In this document: one piece after another, positions 25,781 through 35,598 of the stretch
Numbering within the stretch: position 1 is the stretch's first letter
How the letters are laid out: each line of letters begins with the position of its first letter
Assembly: GCA_044222475.1 (NCBI GenBank)
Contig: JBGANF010000029.1
Location: forward strand, 1 to 64,000
Source of the DNA: Polyangiaceae bacterium
GTDB lineage: Bacteria > Myxococcota_A > Polyangia > Polyangiales > Polyangiaceae
DNA: 64,000 nucleotides
Reading direction: 5' to 3'
Notes under the pieces: generated by a model
What the model saw: the letters and a program-made list of their open reading frames with translations, nothing else
What the model was told of the DNA's origin: nothing
Databases searched by the model: none
Program-made: the position numbers and the translations under genes

Positions 25781-28201
25781 TCAGGGAGCCTTCGCGTCGC
25801 GCAGGACGAACACCGGCGTCGCCGCGCCGGGGACCGAGGTCTGCTGGTAGTTCGAGTGGATCCAGTGGTCGACCTCGGGCCCGAAGTCGGTCGTGTACGC
25901 CCCGATGATCACCCGCGGACGATTGTCGACCAGGGCGCCGAACGCCTCGGCCTTCTGCGCATCGGTTTGGCACTCGTGCGGCACGTCGAACGGGACCGCG
26001 TTCCGGCGGTTCGACAGGAACGCCTCGATGCCCCCGCCGAGCAGCCACGTCGTCGCGAGGATCGGCTCGTTCGGCTGCGTGTGGGTCATCGCGTAGCGCG
26101 CGAGCGCGAGGTGCTCCTCCTCGACGAGCATGTCCCCGGCGCGCGGCACGTCGGCATGGACGTACTTGTCGCCGAACGACGGACGCTCCTCGCCGCTCGT
26201 GAGCCGCGCGAGCCGCGTCGTCAGCGGGCGGCCCGCGCCGGTCAGCAGCCACGCTGCCGCGAGCGCTCCCGCGAAGAGACTCCCGATCCGACCCGTCGTC
26301 ACCGGCAGTCGCGCGTGACCCGCTTCGTCGACCATCGCCGCGACGAGGACCACGCACGGCCCCGACGCATTCGCGATGTGCCATCCGTCGGCCGAGACGA
26401 GCGGGTGCCGCATCGCGAGCGCCACGAACGTCGACAGCGCGAGCAGCATGCTCGACCTCCGTGTCCACCCGCGGAGTACGCCGGTCGCCACCGCGCACCC
26501 GATCCCGACGAGCGGGATCGCCGGGACGACGAGGTAGTCGAGCATCGACGTACCAAGTTGGTCCTGACGCACCTCGAGCAGCGCCGTCTTGTCGACGAGG
26601 GTCGCGATCTCGAGCGGGTAGGGCTCCACCGCGGTGCGCAAGAGCCCCGCACCCACGCGCACCGACCAGCGCGCGCCCATCACGAGCCCGCCGAGCTTGC
26701 CAAATGCCAAGTACACGACGACGAAGATGCCCATCGGGATCGCGAGACCGGCGAGGTAGTCCCCGAGCCTCGTCGCGGTCGCACCCAACTTGGAGCGCTG
26801 CGTCCCACGTCCGGCGAAATGCTCGGACGCGAGGCCGAGGAGCGTCGCCGCCGTCGCGAGCACCCCGAAGTCGTGGCTGTAGAGCGTGGCGAGCCCCGCC
26901 ACGATTCCGGCGCCGCGCACCCGCCAGCGCGCGTTGCCGCCTTCGCTCCGCGTGAGCGCGAGCACGACCGAGAGCGTCGCCAACCCCGCCCGCAGCTCGT
27001 CGACCCAGCCGAGCGCGATCGTCCCGGCGTAGTTCACGAGCGCGACCGCGGCCGAGTGCGACAACAAGAGCACCGCCGCGAGCGCGGTGATCGCGATGCG
27101 ACCGCGCGCGGCGCGTCGCGCGGCGGCGATCAAGAGGAGCACCCCGAGGATGTTCACCGTCACCTGCGCCAAACGAACGTGCTCGAGCGTCAGGCCTCCG
27201 TACAGCCACGCGATCGCCCCGAGCGTGTACTCGCGCAGCGGACCGTAGATGAACCCCGCGTCGGCCATCATGAGTCGACCGTGCACGAAGCTGTTGATCC
27301 ATCCGAGGTGCTGGCTCTCGTGCCCGCCCGAGTCGGCGGCGGGGAGATCGCGGAAGCGCATCGGCATGATGAACAGAAACGTCGCCGCGGTGAGCGCGAC
27401 GTCGACGCCCCAGCGATCGCGTGCGCGCGCGAGCCCTTCACCGATGAAGCGCCATCGGCGCGCGACGACGAACGTGACGACGACGAGCGCGACGACCCAC
27501 CACGGGCTCGTGAGCGTGGGCGCGCGCCGCAACCCCAAGAGCGGCAGGAGCAGCACCGGCAACGCCGCGCGCGACACCTCGTCTCCCAACGCCGGCTGCG
27601 AGACCGAGAAGAGCGCCCCTCCGGCGAACCCGAGCGCGAACGCCGGGACGAACAGCGCGGCTGCGGTCTCTCCATACGGAAGCGCGAACGTGAGGAACGC
27701 GCACCCCGCCTGCACGCCGAGGACGCACGCCTGGCGCAGCCGAGTGCCTTCGTCGGGCTGCTCGCGGTACCGCCCGCTCGCGAACAGCGGAGCGAGCGCG
27801 ATGACCAACGCGAGCGCCGGCCACGTCCAGAACGACGCCATCTTGCGCGCCGTCATGCACACCGCGACGACGAGCGGCAGCACCAGCGAAGCGCTGAGCT
27901 GACTCTTGAACGAGAAGCGCGACAGCACGCGCAGGATGATCGCGGCGAGCAACGTTGCGACGCCGAACACGACGCCGCTTACGATGTACGTCGTCGACGG
28001 CACCGCCGCCTCGATCGCGAGGACCCGCTCCGCCGGCTCGAGCTTCGAGGCCGGCACGTGCGCCGCGAGATCGCGCGCCCACACGATCACGTGGGCGCGC
28101 AGCCGAAGCAGAAGCAACAGCCCGGTGCAGAACACGACGATGCCGTCGGTGCTTCGAAGGAGCCACGGGAGGTACTTGCGAGCGTTCCAGCGAACGTTCA
28201 T
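25781..28201 (-). CDS. Large polytopic membrane protein, GT-C-like
   Basis: Many TMs; HESQHLG....GRLMMADAGFIYGP loop motif; soluble C-terminal domain; ATGA overlap with the upstream gene. Confidence 0.6.
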   Translation of the reverse strand: MNVRWNARKYLPWLLRSTDGIVVFCTGLLLLLRLRAHVIVWARDLAAHVPASKLEPAERVLAIEAAVPSTTYIVSGVVFGVATLLAAIILRVLSRFSFKSQLSASLVLPLVVAVCMTARKMASFWTWPALALVIALAPLFASGRYREQPDEGTRLRQACVLGVQAGCAFLTFALPYGETAAALFVPAFALGFAGGALFSVSQPALGDEVSRAALPVLLLPLLGLRRAPTLTSPWWVVALVVVTFVVARRWRFIGEGLARARDRWGVDVALTAATFLFIMPMRFRDLPAADSGGHESQHLGWINSFVHGRLMMADAGFIYGPLREYTLGAIAWLYGGLTLEHVRLAQVTVNILGVLLLIAAARRAARGRIAITALAAVLLLSHSAAVALVNYAGTIALGWVDELRAGLATLSVVLALTRSEGGNARWRVRGAGIVAGLATLYSHDFGVLATAATLLGLASEHFAGRGTQRSKLGATATRLGDYLAGLAIPMGIFVVVYLAFGKLGGLVMGARWSVRVGAGLLRTAVEPYPLEIATLVDKTALLEVRQDQLGTSMLDYLVVPAIPLVGIGCAVATGVLRGWTRRSSMLLALSTFVALAMRHPLVSADGWHIANASGPCVVLVAAMVDEAGHARLPVTTGRIGSLFAGALAAAWLLTGAGRPLTTRLARLTSGEERPSFGDKYVHADVPRAGDMLVEEEHLALARYAMTHTQPNEPILATTWLLGGGIEAFLSNRRNAVPFDVPHECQTDAQKAEAFGALVDNRPRVIIGAYTTDFGPEVDHWIHSNYQQTSVPGAATPVFVLRDAKAP

Positions 28202-30123
28202 GGCGCGGGATCCAGCCGAACGGGGTTCCCCCGAGCCTCGTAGAACGACCGATCCGGAAACGTGTCACGCAAGCACTGGCGATCCTCGGCCGTGACCGGC
28301 TGGGCCACGAGCACGTTCTGCTTCGGGTAGAGATCGAGCGGCAAGTTGATCGTGTAGTCGAGCGGACCTCGCTCGCCGACGCCGGCCGACACGAACACGA
28401 TCGCGTGCCGCAGACCGGCGTCGTGCGCGCGGTCCGAGATCTCCTCGAGCTTCATCACCGAGTCGGTGTTCATCGGGTAGAGGAGCGGCACGAGGAGGAA
28501 CGTCGCGACGAGCGTCGCCGCGGCCCACGCCGCGGTCGCCCGTCCGGGCCGCGCGATGCGCGCGCCGGCGCGCACGCCGACCGACAGCTGCCCGAGCGCC
28601 GCGCCCGTGCCGACCGACCACGCGGCGATGCTCGGCAGCACGTAGCGCGGACCGTAGCCCCAGTCGAACCCGCGGCCGAAGTTGAGCCACGCGTAGAACG
28701 TGAAGAGCGCCGCCAGCGAGGCGAACATCGTCACCACGATCGCGACCGCGTTGCGCCCGCGCACCATCGCGAACCCGAACAGCGCGAGCGCGGCCGACGC
28801 GGGGAACCAGCAGTACGTGCCGGTGCCGAGCGGGATGCCCCACTTCCACTCGCTGGGCTCGGGCTTCTGGAACTCGAGCTTGACCCACGGGTGCACGATC
28901 GACGTGAGCGAGTACCCAGTGGTGAACCACGTCCCGAGCTGACGGTGCAGCACCCAGAGCGTCCATCCGCCGAGGACGAGCGCGGTGATCGCGCCGGCCA
29001 CGAACGCGCGCGCGGGGATCTTTCGCTGCACGAGACGGAAGACGAACAAGAGAAAGAGACCGCCGCCGAGGAGGCACCCGTCCGACGGGCGCGTCGAGAC
29101 CATCCACGTGAGCGCGAGCCCGAACGCCACGCCCCACAGCGCGCGCGCGCGTGGGGTCGAGACCTCGCCGCAGCGGAACAGCGTCTCGATCGACCACACG
29201 AAGCACGCCGAGACCCAGATGTGCGAGAAGTACGATCCGCCGTTGATGAGGCACGTGGAGCTCGCGATCAGCGACGCACCCGCGAGCGCGCCGGCCCACG
29301 TGCGCGCCGCCTCCGGCACGAGGCGACGGGCCACCCGCGCGGCGCCGACGGTGAAGATGCCGAGGCTCGTCGGACCGGCGAGCGGCAGCAGCTTGAGCCA
29401 CACGAACGGCACCATGAAGAGCGGCCACCCCGGCGTGTACTGGGAGAAGCGGCGGCCCTGGTAGTCGAAGACCCAGAAGTTCTGGAACGACGAGCCGCAC
29501 GGGGCCGCGTCGGAGTACGACCGCAGCTTCGCGAGGACGTGAGCTTGAAAGACGTAGGCCGACTCGTCCGAGCTATCGAGGCCCGAGCGGAGCACGAATC
29601 GTCCGACCAGCGCGGCGAGCAGCACCGCCGCGACGAAGAGGACGAGGTCCTGAATCGCCTCGATCTCGCGACCGGCCGCGCTCTCGCGCTTGGCCGCCGC
29701 CGGCGGCACGTTTCGCGCGCACGCCCCGAGCACGAGGAGCGTTCCACATAGATGTAGACTGCACAGTTCGAACGCGGAGTCGACGAGGTATCCGTCGAGC
29801 CAACGCAACCCGAGGAGGACGACGACCGCGAGGAGCTTCGACGCGATCCCACCGCGCGCGAAGATCGCGCCGCCGAGCATCGCCCACGAGCCGTAGCGGA
29901 GCAGGTCGAGCCAGAGCTCCGGCGACGGGTGTCCCTTCATCGAGAGCACGAGGGGCACGATCGACGGCGCGAACGCGGCGCAGCCGATGGCGAACCAGAA
30001 CACCGGCACCGTCCACCCGATCGCGCGCCGGTGAACCCACGCGAGCGCCGCTCCGGTCACGCCGATCGCGGTCTGCGCGATGATGAAGCTCTCGCCGGGG
30101 CTGGGCGTGTACGGCGTGTGCAC
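28198..30123 (-). CDS. Polytopic membrane protein, GT-C (ArnT/PMT-like), paralog of 3125..4921
   Basis: SDESAYVFQA, SQYTPGWP, TRPSDG, YGPRY; start uncertain (GTG 30123 chosen, frame open to 30204). Confidence 0.7.
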   Translation of the reverse strand: MHTPYTPSPGESFIIAQTAIGVTGAALAWVHRRAIGWTVPVFWFAIGCAAFAPSIVPLVLSMKGHPSPELWLDLLRYGSWAMLGGAIFARGGIASKLLAVVVLLGLRWLDGYLVDSAFELCSLHLCGTLLVLGACARNVPPAAAKRESAAGREIEAIQDLVLFVAAVLLAALVGRFVLRSGLDSSDESAYVFQAHVLAKLRSYSDAAPCGSSFQNFWVFDYQGRRFSQYTPGWPLFMVPFVWLKLLPLAGPTSLGIFTVGAARVARRLVPEAARTWAGALAGASLIASSTCLINGGSYFSHIWVSACFVWSIETLFRCGEVSTPRARALWGVAFGLALTWMVSTRPSDGCLLGGGLFLLFVFRLVQRKIPARAFVAGAITALVLGGWTLWVLHRQLGTWFTTGYSLTSIVHPWVKLEFQKPEPSEWKWGIPLGTGTYCWFPASAALALFGFAMVRGRNAVAIVVTMFASLAALFTFYAWLNFGRGFDWGYGPRYVLPSIAAWSVGTGAALGQLSVGVRAGARIARPGRATAAWAAATLVATFLLVPLLYPMNTDSVMKLEEISDRAHDAGLRHAIVFVSAGVGERGPLDYTINLPLDLYPKQNVLVAQPVTAEDRQCLRDTFPDRSFYEARGNPVRLDPAP

Positions 30124-30213
30124 GGGCCCCGAATCTCCGATGCGCGACACGTTTCGGTCAATGGTTTGGACGAAAAGTTGACCGGCCCCTCGCCCCCTCG
30201 GCATCGTGGGACG

Positions 30214-30360
30214 ATGAAGCCCCGCCGAAAGAGCCCCAAGACCGGCGATCGACGGCTGACCCCCGATCGGCGCGCAGCCGAGGATCGGCGCGTGTTTCCC
30301 CGTCCCGAGGGCCGACGCCAGAACGGCGGCCGCCGCGCGACGGATCCGCGCGACGCGTAG
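30214..30360 (+). CDS. 48-aa Arg-rich small protein with DRR/GRR repeats
   Basis: MKPRRKSPKTGDRRLTPDRRAAEDRRVFPRPEGRRQNGGRRATDPRDA fills the gap between flanking genes without overlap. Confidence 0.5.
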   Translation: MKPRRKSPKTGDRRLTPDRRAAEDRRVFPRPEGRRQNGGRRATDPRDA

Positions 30361-30377
30361 CGTCGGCGGTCGACGGC

Positions 30378-30614
30378 CTACTGCTTCTTGGCTTCTTCCG
30401 CGTTTTCCTTCGCGATGCGAGCGGCGAAGTCTTCCTGCGTCTCTTCCGGGGCGCGGAAGCGGTATCCGCCCGAGCTCACCGGCGCGACGTAGTCGCCCGG
30501 GCGGCTCGCCGGAGGTGCGTCGTCGTCGGACTGTTGGGCGCGCGCCATCCGAATCGCGAACGCGACCGCGACGACGAGGACGATGACGGCCGCGATCCCC
30601 AGCGCGACGAGCAT
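30378..30614 (-). CDS. Small single-pass membrane protein
   Basis: MLVALGIAAVIVLVVAVAFA TM followed by a polar tail; GC3-rich codons. Confidence 0.6.
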   Translation of the reverse strand: MLVALGIAAVIVLVVAVAFAIRMARAQQSDDDAPPASRPGDYVAPVSSGGYRFRAPEETQEDFAARIAKENAEEAKKQ

Positions 30615-30696
30615 GTCCACGTTGTCCCCCGGGACGCGGCGGGTGTCAACGGCGCACCGATTGACGCGCTTTCTCCAGGGTGCGACAGCTAGTCCC

Positions 30697-31818
30697 TTGC
30701 GAACCCGCACCCGGAACGCGCTGGTCCTCGCCGCGATCGGCGTCCTCGCCGGGGCGGGGGCGTATTTCGGCGGCAGCCCGCCGACGGAGCGGGCCGCGCT
30801 CGACGCGATCCCCGAGCGCACGTTCCTGCTCGTGACGATCGATCTGAAGCGGCTTCGCGCCTCGCCGCTCGCCGCCGAGCTCGGCGGCTTTCGCGAAGTG
30901 TCGGACGTGTCGTCGCTGTGCGGCTTCGATCCCCTCGAGCGCGCCCGCGAAGTCGTGATCGCCGTCCCCGAAGAAGAGAGCGGCGAGTTCGGCCTCGCCG
31001 TCACGCACGATCTCACGCGCGACGAGGTCGCGGCGTGTGCTCGGAAGATCGCCGACTCGCGCGGCGACGGCTCGACGGTGCGCGAAGAGGGCGCCTACGC
31101 GATCCTCGAACCGAAGGAGTCCATCGAACCCGGACCCAAGGGCCAGATCGTCTATCGACAGGGCGCGCCACTCCTCGTCGGTCGCGGCGCGTGGATGACG
31201 AAGATGCGCGGGGCGCTGGATGGCACGGAGCCTCGCGTCGCCGCCCAGAAGGCGCACAGCGCGCTGCGCGAGGTCGCTGGTGCGAACGCCGTCGGCGACG
31301 CGAGGCCCACGCTCGTCGCGACCGCGGTTCTCCCGAAGGCCCTGCGCGAGCGGCTCCGGCGGCAGATGGTGACCGAGACCGAAGGCTCCAAGGGCGCGGC
31401 GACGATGGATGCCATCCTCGCCGTCGGCGAGGTGGCGCTCGCCATCCGCACGACGACCGAGGGCGCCCCGGTGAAGGTCTTCGCCGAGCTGCGCTGCGAG
31501 AAGCCGGGCGCATGCGAGACGGTGCGCGGCTTCATCGATCGGAAACGGAAGGCGTTCGCCGCCGATCCGCTGGTGAAGCTCATGGGCTTCGGACCCATGC
31601 TCGACGCCGTGACGCTCGAGGTGAACGGCGAGGTCCTCGACGCCGAGGTCGAGTGGTCCGCCGCGGACTTCCGCCGCGCCGCTTCGGCGCTGAAACGTGC
31701 AGCTTTTCCCGCCGAGTCGCCCTCGCTTCCCCCGCCGAGCGCATCTGTCCCACCTGTCCCGAAACCGACAGCTTCGGCCGACGAGGTGGTCCGGCCACCC
31801 CAGGCTCGGGACCGGTGA
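30697..31818 (+). CDS. Hypothetical exported or membrane-anchored protein
   Basis: N-terminal hydrophobic segment and Pro-rich tail; start uncertain (TTG 30697 chosen). Confidence 0.6.
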   Translation: MRTRTRNALVLAAIGVLAGAGAYFGGSPPTERAALDAIPERTFLLVTIDLKRLRASPLAAELGGFREVSDVSSLCGFDPLERAREVVIAVPEEESGEFGLAVTHDLTRDEVAACARKIADSRGDGSTVREEGAYAILEPKESIEPGPKGQIVYRQGAPLLVGRGAWMTKMRGALDGTEPRVAAQKAHSALREVAGANAVGDARPTLVATAVLPKALRERLRRQMVTETEGSKGAATMDAILAVGEVALAIRTTTEGAPVKVFAELRCEKPGACETVRGFIDRKRKAFAADPLVKLMGFGPMLDAVTLEVNGEVLDAEVEWSAADFRRAASALKRAAFPAESPSLPPPSASVPPVPKPTASADEVVRPPQARDR

Positions 31819-31901
31819 CGGGACCCCCCTGGTCCATCGGGCGGGATAGATTTTGCCCCCTCCCAGGGTTACCTTACGAAGACCCAACGAGGTTCAAGTC
31901 C

Positions 31902-32222
31902 ATGTCCAAGAACGTCCTGTCCCTGTCCGACACGAATTTCGACGCCGAGGTGCTCAAGGCCGATGCCCCGGTCCTGGTCGACTTCACCGCGACGTGGTGC
32001 GGCCCGTGCAAGCAGCTGGCCCCCATCGTCGACAAGATCGCTGACGAGAACGTGGGGAAATACAAGGTCGCCAAGGTCGACATCGACGATTGCCCGGGAA
32101 TCGCGCAGCGCTTCCGCATCAAGGGCGTCCCGACCGTCATGGTCTTCAAGGGTGGGCAAGTGAAGGGCCAGCACGTGGGCGTCACGAACAAGGAGACGCT
32201 CCTCAAGCTTCTCGAGAGCTGA
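31902..32222 (+). CDS. trxA: Thioredoxin
   Basis: VLVDFTATWCGPCK, GVPT; 106 aa. Confidence 0.95.
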   Translation: MSKNVLSLSDTNFDAEVLKADAPVLVDFTATWCGPCKQLAPIVDKIADENVGKYKVAKVDIDDCPGIAQRFRIKGVPTVMVFKGGQVKGQHVGVTNKETLLKLLES

Positions 32223-32258
32223 GGCGTCCGGGTACAGGGGGATGGGGAGCCGCGTAGT

Positions 32259-34388
32259 TTGAACCTAGCCATCGATCCGAGGCTGATCGCCCTCCGCGAC
32301 AGCCTCCCCGGTCAAGTCCTGCGCGGCAGCGGGCGGGTGCAGTACTACCTTCGCGAGCGGATCGGCGAGGGTGGGCAGGGTTGGGTGTTCACCGCCAACT
32401 GGGACGAGCCGGGCGGATTCGTCGTCATCGCCAAGGTCCTCCGGCCGGACGCGGTCAACGCCGACACGCTGCGGCGCTTCCAGCGCGAAGCCGACGTGCT
32501 TCGCATGTTGTCCCAATCTGGGACACCGAATCCGCACGTCGTACGCTTCTACGATCACGCGACGGCCGTCCTCAAGTCGCCGAAAGGGACCGACACGTAC
32601 ACGCTCCCGTTCACGATCATGGAGTACGTGAACGGGCTCACGCTCGAGCAGGTGATCGACAGCCAACCGGGGCGCGGGCTCGCCGTCGAGCGCACGCGCC
32701 GGATCTTGCGTCAGGTATCCCAGGCGCTCGAGATCGTGCACGCGAAGAAGGTCATCCACCGCGACCTCAAGCCCTCGAACATCCTCCTCGCGCTCGAGGC
32801 CGGGACCGAGATCGCGAAGGTCACCGATTTCGGCCTCGTGAAGCTCGTCGACATGAACATGCAGCGCACGGCCACGCTCGCCGGCGCGTCGCTCGGCTAC
32901 GCCCCGCCCGAGCAGTACGAGCAGGGGAACAAACGCGTCGGCGAGCGGACCGACGTGTTCTCCCTCGCGGCGATCACGTTCGAGATGCTCACCGGGAAGA
33001 TGGCGTTCCCGTACAAGGACGGCGAGAACCCGCTCCTGATCGTGACGCGCATCCTGAACGAGACGCGGCCGTCGCTCGCGAAGAGCGCCGAGAACCTCCC
33101 GCAGCAGCTGCGCGAGCGGCCCGACCTGATCGGCGTGCTCGACTCCCACATCACCCGCGCGCTTTCCGCCGATCCCACCGCGCGTCACGCGAGCGTGTCC
33201 GAGTTCTTCGGCGCCATCGAGCCGGTGCTCCGCACCGCGTCGGAAGCCGGGCGCGGATCCGGAGCGCCGCCGTCGCGCGCGCTGCCCTTCTCCGAGACGG
33301 TGCCCGCGTCGATGCAGACGCCCGACCTCCGCCCCTCCCAAGTGCCGGTGATCATGCCCGCCGTGCCCGACCGCATGAGCGCGATCCCGGTCACGTCGGG
33401 CGGTGACCGCATGAGCTTCACCCCGGGCGCGGCGCGCCCGGCCGACCGACCCAGCGTCGAGTTGCGCAACGTGAGACCCCAGGGCGACACGTCGAACCCC
33501 TCGCTCTGGTCGTGGCGCATCCAGACGCCCAGCATTCAACCGCACGTGATCCGAGCGGCGGCGTTCGCGCCCGACGGAGAGACCGGCGCGGGCATCGGTC
33601 CGCGCGGGCTCGCTCGATGGGAGCGCGAGGCGTGGGTCGCGGTCACGCTCCCGGCCGCGTTCAGCGCAGCGCGCGTCCACTGCATGGCTCGATACCCCAA
33701 CGGCGACCTGCTGCTCGCCGGCGAGGGTGTCGTCGTTCGCCTCGCGAACGGCAACCTCGACGTGATGCCGATGCCGGATCCCGAGCTGATCCTGCGCGGT
33801 GCCCTGATCGAAGGCGACACGGTGACGCTCGTCGGAGACCGCCCGGACCGAACGCGGCTCGGCGGGCCCGCGGGCAGCCGCGTCGGTTGCGTGGTTCAGT
33901 TCCAGGGTCGCCGCCTCGCGATGCTGCTCGACGTTCCGTCGGCACCTCCGCTCCGCGCGGTGGCCCGCGTGGGCACGCGCTACTTGGCGTGCGGCGACCT
34001 CGGAGTGGTCGTCGCGGTCGAGAACGGGGCCGTCGCCGCGGTGAGCACGCTCTGCACCGGCGAGCTCTTCGCGATCGCGGCCATCCCGGGCGGCGGCGCG
34101 GTGACGGTCGGCATCGGAGGACACGCGCTCTCGGTCGACGCGTCGGCGGTCGGGCACCTCGAGGCCGTCCAAACCACGTCGGACCTCGTGTCGCTCTCGG
34201 TCACGAGCGAGGGCACGGCCTGGGCTGGGGCGACGCGCTCCCGCATCCTGCGTCGCACCGGCGACAGCTGGGTTCGCATGTCGACCGAGGTGGGCCTCTC
34301 TTCCACCGGCCTCGCCATCGTGGCGCTCCCGCGCGTCGTCCGCGCCATCTGCGACGACGGCGCCATCATGGAGGGACGGCTTCCCTGA
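32259..34388 (+). CDS. Hanks-type Ser/Thr protein kinase with C-terminal beta-rich (propeller-like) domain
   Basis: GEGGQG, HRDLKPSN, DFG, GYAPPEQ, DVFSL; no TM seen. Confidence 0.92.
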   Translation: MNLAIDPRLIALRDSLPGQVLRGSGRVQYYLRERIGEGGQGWVFTANWDEPGGFVVIAKVLRPDAVNADTLRRFQREADVLRMLSQSGTPNPHVVRFYDHATAVLKSPKGTDTYTLPFTIMEYVNGLTLEQVIDSQPGRGLAVERTRRILRQVSQALEIVHAKKVIHRDLKPSNILLALEAGTEIAKVTDFGLVKLVDMNMQRTATLAGASLGYAPPEQYEQGNKRVGERTDVFSLAAITFEMLTGKMAFPYKDGENPLLIVTRILNETRPSLAKSAENLPQQLRERPDLIGVLDSHITRALSADPTARHASVSEFFGAIEPVLRTASEAGRGSGAPPSRALPFSETVPASMQTPDLRPSQVPVIMPAVPDRMSAIPVTSGGDRMSFTPGAARPADRPSVELRNVRPQGDTSNPSLWSWRIQTPSIQPHVIRAAAFAPDGETGAGIGPRGLARWEREAWVAVTLPAAFSAARVHCMARYPNGDLLLAGEGVVVRLANGNLDVMPMPDPELILRGALIEGDTVTLVGDRPDRTRLGGPAGSRVGCVVQFQGRRLAMLLDVPSAPPLRAVARVGTRYLACGDLGVVVAVENGAVAAVSTLCTGELFAIAAIPGGGAVTVGIGGHALSVDASAVGHLEAVQTTSDLVSLSVTSEGTAWAGATRSRILRRTGDSWVRMSTEVGLSSTGLAIVALPRVVRAICDDGAIMEGRLP

Positions 34389-34389
34389 C

Positions 34390-35598
34390 GTGGAACAGGT
34401 GACCTCCTCCGCACCGCCGGTCGCGACCCGCGCCATCGGCAAGCGGCCGCGGCTGTCGCGGTTTCTCTGGATCCTCCTCACGCTCACCGCGCTCGCGCAC
34501 CTGCCCGCGGCGATCGGCGCGACGGAGGCGTTCGCCCGGTGGGGGCTGCCGGTGCCCTGGGCGTGGGGTCTCGTCCTCTACGTCGGCGGCACGGGCCTGT
34601 TCCTCGGCCGCGCGAGCATCGGCATCGCCGACCATCGCCGGCACATGCTCATGCTCCGGCTCGTCGACGTCCCGTACTTCGTGCACTGGTGCGCGTGCCT
34701 CTTCGCGTTGATCCCGTCCGTCGTGGCGCTCGTCGTGTCGCCCATCCTCGACGTCACGCGGGGCGACCCGATCGGCCTACCGCGCGACGCGTTCATGTGG
34801 AGCTACGGTGCCGGGCTCCTCGCGTGCGGTTGGGGCGTCGTGATCCGGCGACGCCTGTTCACGATCGATCGCGTCGAGGTCGAGGTGAAGGGGCTCGATC
34901 CGGCGTTCGACGGGTACCGCATCGCGCAGCTCTCGGATCTCCACATCGGAGCGCTCACGCCGAAGGAGTGGGGCCTGCGTTGGACGGCGGCGGCGAACGC
35001 GCTCGAGCCCGACATGGCCGTCGTCACCGGCGACATGGTGACGAGCGGTGTCGAGTTCCACCGCGACATCGCGGAGATCGTCGGCACGCTCAAGGCCAAG
35101 GACGGCGTGCTCGTGTCGATGGGGAACCACGACTACTTCGGCAACGGCGAGCCGCTGATTTCGCTGCTCGAGAAGGCCGGCGCGGTCGTCCTCCGCAACG
35201 ACGGGCTCACGCTCGCGCGCGACGACGCCAAGCTGTTCGTCGCCGCCATCGACGACACGTGGACCCAGCGGGCCGACATGGATCGCGCGCTCCGCGATCG
35301 GCCCGAGGGCGCACGCACGGTGCTTCTCGCCCACGATCCGGACCAGTTCGGAGCGGCCGCCAAGCGTGACGTCGACGTCGTCTTGAGCGGGCACACGCAC
35401 GGCGGACAAGTTGCGCTCCCGTTCTTCGCGCGACACGTGAACCTGAGCAAGCTCAACCACAAGTACCATCTTGGTACATATCGTCGCGGCAAGAGCACGC
35501 TCTACGTTCACCCCGGGCTCGGCACGACCGGTCCGCCGATCCGCATCGGAGTCGCGCCGGCGGTCGCCCTGATCACGCTTCGGGCGGTGGCGGCATAG
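34390..35598 (+). CDS. Membrane-anchored metallophosphoesterase (YkuE/YaeI-like)
   Basis: SDLH, TGD, GNHD, AH.P, SGHTHGGQ; N-terminal TMs. Confidence 0.9.
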   Translation: MEQVTSSAPPVATRAIGKRPRLSRFLWILLTLTALAHLPAAIGATEAFARWGLPVPWAWGLVLYVGGTGLFLGRASIGIADHRRHMLMLRLVDVPYFVHWCACLFALIPSVVALVVSPILDVTRGDPIGLPRDAFMWSYGAGLLACGWGVVIRRRLFTIDRVEVEVKGLDPAFDGYRIAQLSDLHIGALTPKEWGLRWTAAANALEPDMAVVTGDMVTSGVEFHRDIAEIVGTLKAKDGVLVSMGNHDYFGNGEPLISLLEKAGAVVLRNDGLTLARDDAKLFVAAIDDTWTQRADMDRALRDRPEGARTVLLAHDPDQFGAAAKRDVDVVLSGHTHGGQVALPFFARHVNLSKLNHKYHLGTYRRGKSTLYVHPGLGTTGPPIRIGVAPAVALITLRAVAA

